Assembly: GCA_013166835.1 (NCBI GenBank)
Contig: JABLTI010000030.1
Location: 1-48,538, forward strand
Reading direction: 5' to 3'
DNA from: Promethearchaeati archaeon
GTDB lineage: Archaea; Asgardarchaeota; Heimdallarchaeia; JABLTI01
DNA: 48,538 nt
The position numbers were made by a program, and so were the translations under genes. Positions 47,582 through 48,538 of the stretch are shown in pieces (position 1 is the stretch's first letter; every line of letters starts with the position of its first letter). A model generated the notes under the pieces. It did not search any database, was not told the DNA's origin, and worked only from the letters and a program-made list of their open reading frames with translations.

Positions 47582-48355
47582 ATGGCACTTTCAAAAATTA
47601 CTCGGAATATCATAATAAGTTTAGGGGTTATTTTTGCAGTTACAGCAATTGTAGTTCCATCAGTAGTTGTACCATTAAGAAATAATAGTACAATCAGTTT
47701 CAAGCTATTATACAATGCAGGAGTTATGATTGAAACACAGGACACACGGATTTATGTTGATCCATATAGTTTAGATTATTCATACGAAGATTTAGACGCT
47801 GATATTATTCTTATTACACATCCACATGGAGATCATTATGATCCCGCATCACTTAATTTGCTCGATAAAGAAGACACGATATATATAATGCCTGAAAACA
47901 TGACAACTGAGCTCTCTTTGCGTGATGGTATTGGGGTCAACCCTGGAGACGAACTGGAATTTGGCTCAATAAAAATTACTGCTTTTTACATGTATACATT
48001 ACCGGTAGATATTTATCCCGCAAGTCATCCCAAGGCAGCTAATTGGACCAGTTATCTTATTGACGTAGATGGGTTCACATTTTTCCACGCAGGGGATTCA
48101 AAAAACATAGCTGAATATAGCCAACTTACAGGCTTAGTTGATGTAGCTTTATTACCTTTAGGTCCTGGTTGTCAGACAATGACTGATATGGAAGTTGTTG
48201 ACGCTCTTAATACTATTGAAGGACAGTACTTTATACCTATTCATTATGTTTGGAGCGCTTGGCAAACATTCATTGCAAACTATGGTTCTTATGTTATGAG
48301 TGAATGTCAAATTATTCATCTTGAATATTGGGAATCTTATGAATTTGAACAATAA
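47582..48355 (+). CDS. Membrane-anchored MBL-fold metallo-hydrolase (UlaG-like)
   Basis: N-terminal TM; IYVDPY, THPHGDH, FHAGD, IPIHY. Confidence 0.88.
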   Translation: MALSKITRNIIISLGVIFAVTAIVVPSVVVPLRNNSTISFKLLYNAGVMIETQDTRIYVDPYSLDYSYEDLDADIILITHPHGDHYDPASLNLLDKEDTIYIMPENMTTELSLRDGIGVNPGDELEFGSIKITAFYMYTLPVDIYPASHPKAANWTSYLIDVDGFTFFHAGDSKNIAEYSQLTGLVDVALLPLGPGCQTMTDMEVVDALNTIEGQYFIPIHYVWSAWQTFIANYGSYVMSECQIIHLEYWESYEFEQ

Positions 48356-48386
48356 TAGTAAAGAATAACTCAAAGATTACACATAA

Positions 48387-48429
48387 GGCACTTGTAGAAA
48401 AATACAGTGCCAATTTTTTTTATTTTTTT
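48387..48429 (+). terminator. Hairpin plus T-tract terminator
   Basis: GGCAC-t-TGTA-gaaaaa-TACA-GTGCC followed by AA and T-runs. Confidence 0.6.
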
Positions 48430-48538
48430 AGATTAGTGCTCAAAGAGCAGTAAATGTACTAAAATAACTCAAGAATTAATCCTAACTACAGTGAAGTCTT
48501 TTATTTTTTGTCGATTATTATATTATCAGTGGGAGCAC

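Noticed and set aside
48364-48472. AATAACTCAA repeated twice near the right edge as a possible CRISPR start
   Set aside because: Only 10 bp, two copies, AT-rich, and spacing unlike an array.
1-48538. CRISPR arrays, transposases, integrases, selenoprotein read-through
   Set aside because: No regular repeats, no recombinase motifs and no conserved gene interrupted by an in-frame TGA were seen by eye.

Overview
AT-rich archaeal chromosomal segment with about 46 genes and no CRISPR array, transposase or rRNA/tRNA that I can support. Archaeal informational genes (rpoD-rpl18e-rpl13-rps9, rpl13e, rpoK, rps17e, NOG1, rtcA, a beta-CASP ribonuclease) together with an ESCRT-II Vps22/EAP30 homologue indicate an Asgard archaeon, probably Heimdallarchaeia (inference). 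The left half is mostly amino-acid and acyl-CoA catabolism: a CoA activase running off the left edge and missed by the ORF track, a FadH-like enzyme fused to SCP2, separate LKR and SDH genes of the saccharopine pathway, a serine racemase/dehydratase, a D-cysteine desulfhydrase and a sirtuin. It also carries copZA and a tandem pair of YdjG-like Zn-ribbon membrane proteins. Main leads: (1) an unannotated, about 113-nt GC-rich structured RNA-like element at 12424-12536 upstream of the sirtuin; (2) a stand-alone protein resembling the eukaryotic RPB5 N-terminal jaw domain, two genes from rpoK, behind a double-palindrome leader; (3) an orphan Vps22 and a coiled-coil/winged-helix protein; (4) a frameshifted nadM with an apparent microhomology deletion; (5) an extended L13e; (6) frequent TTG starts and bacterial-style hairpin terminators. 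All family calls come from motif recognition and recalled sequences; no searches were run.
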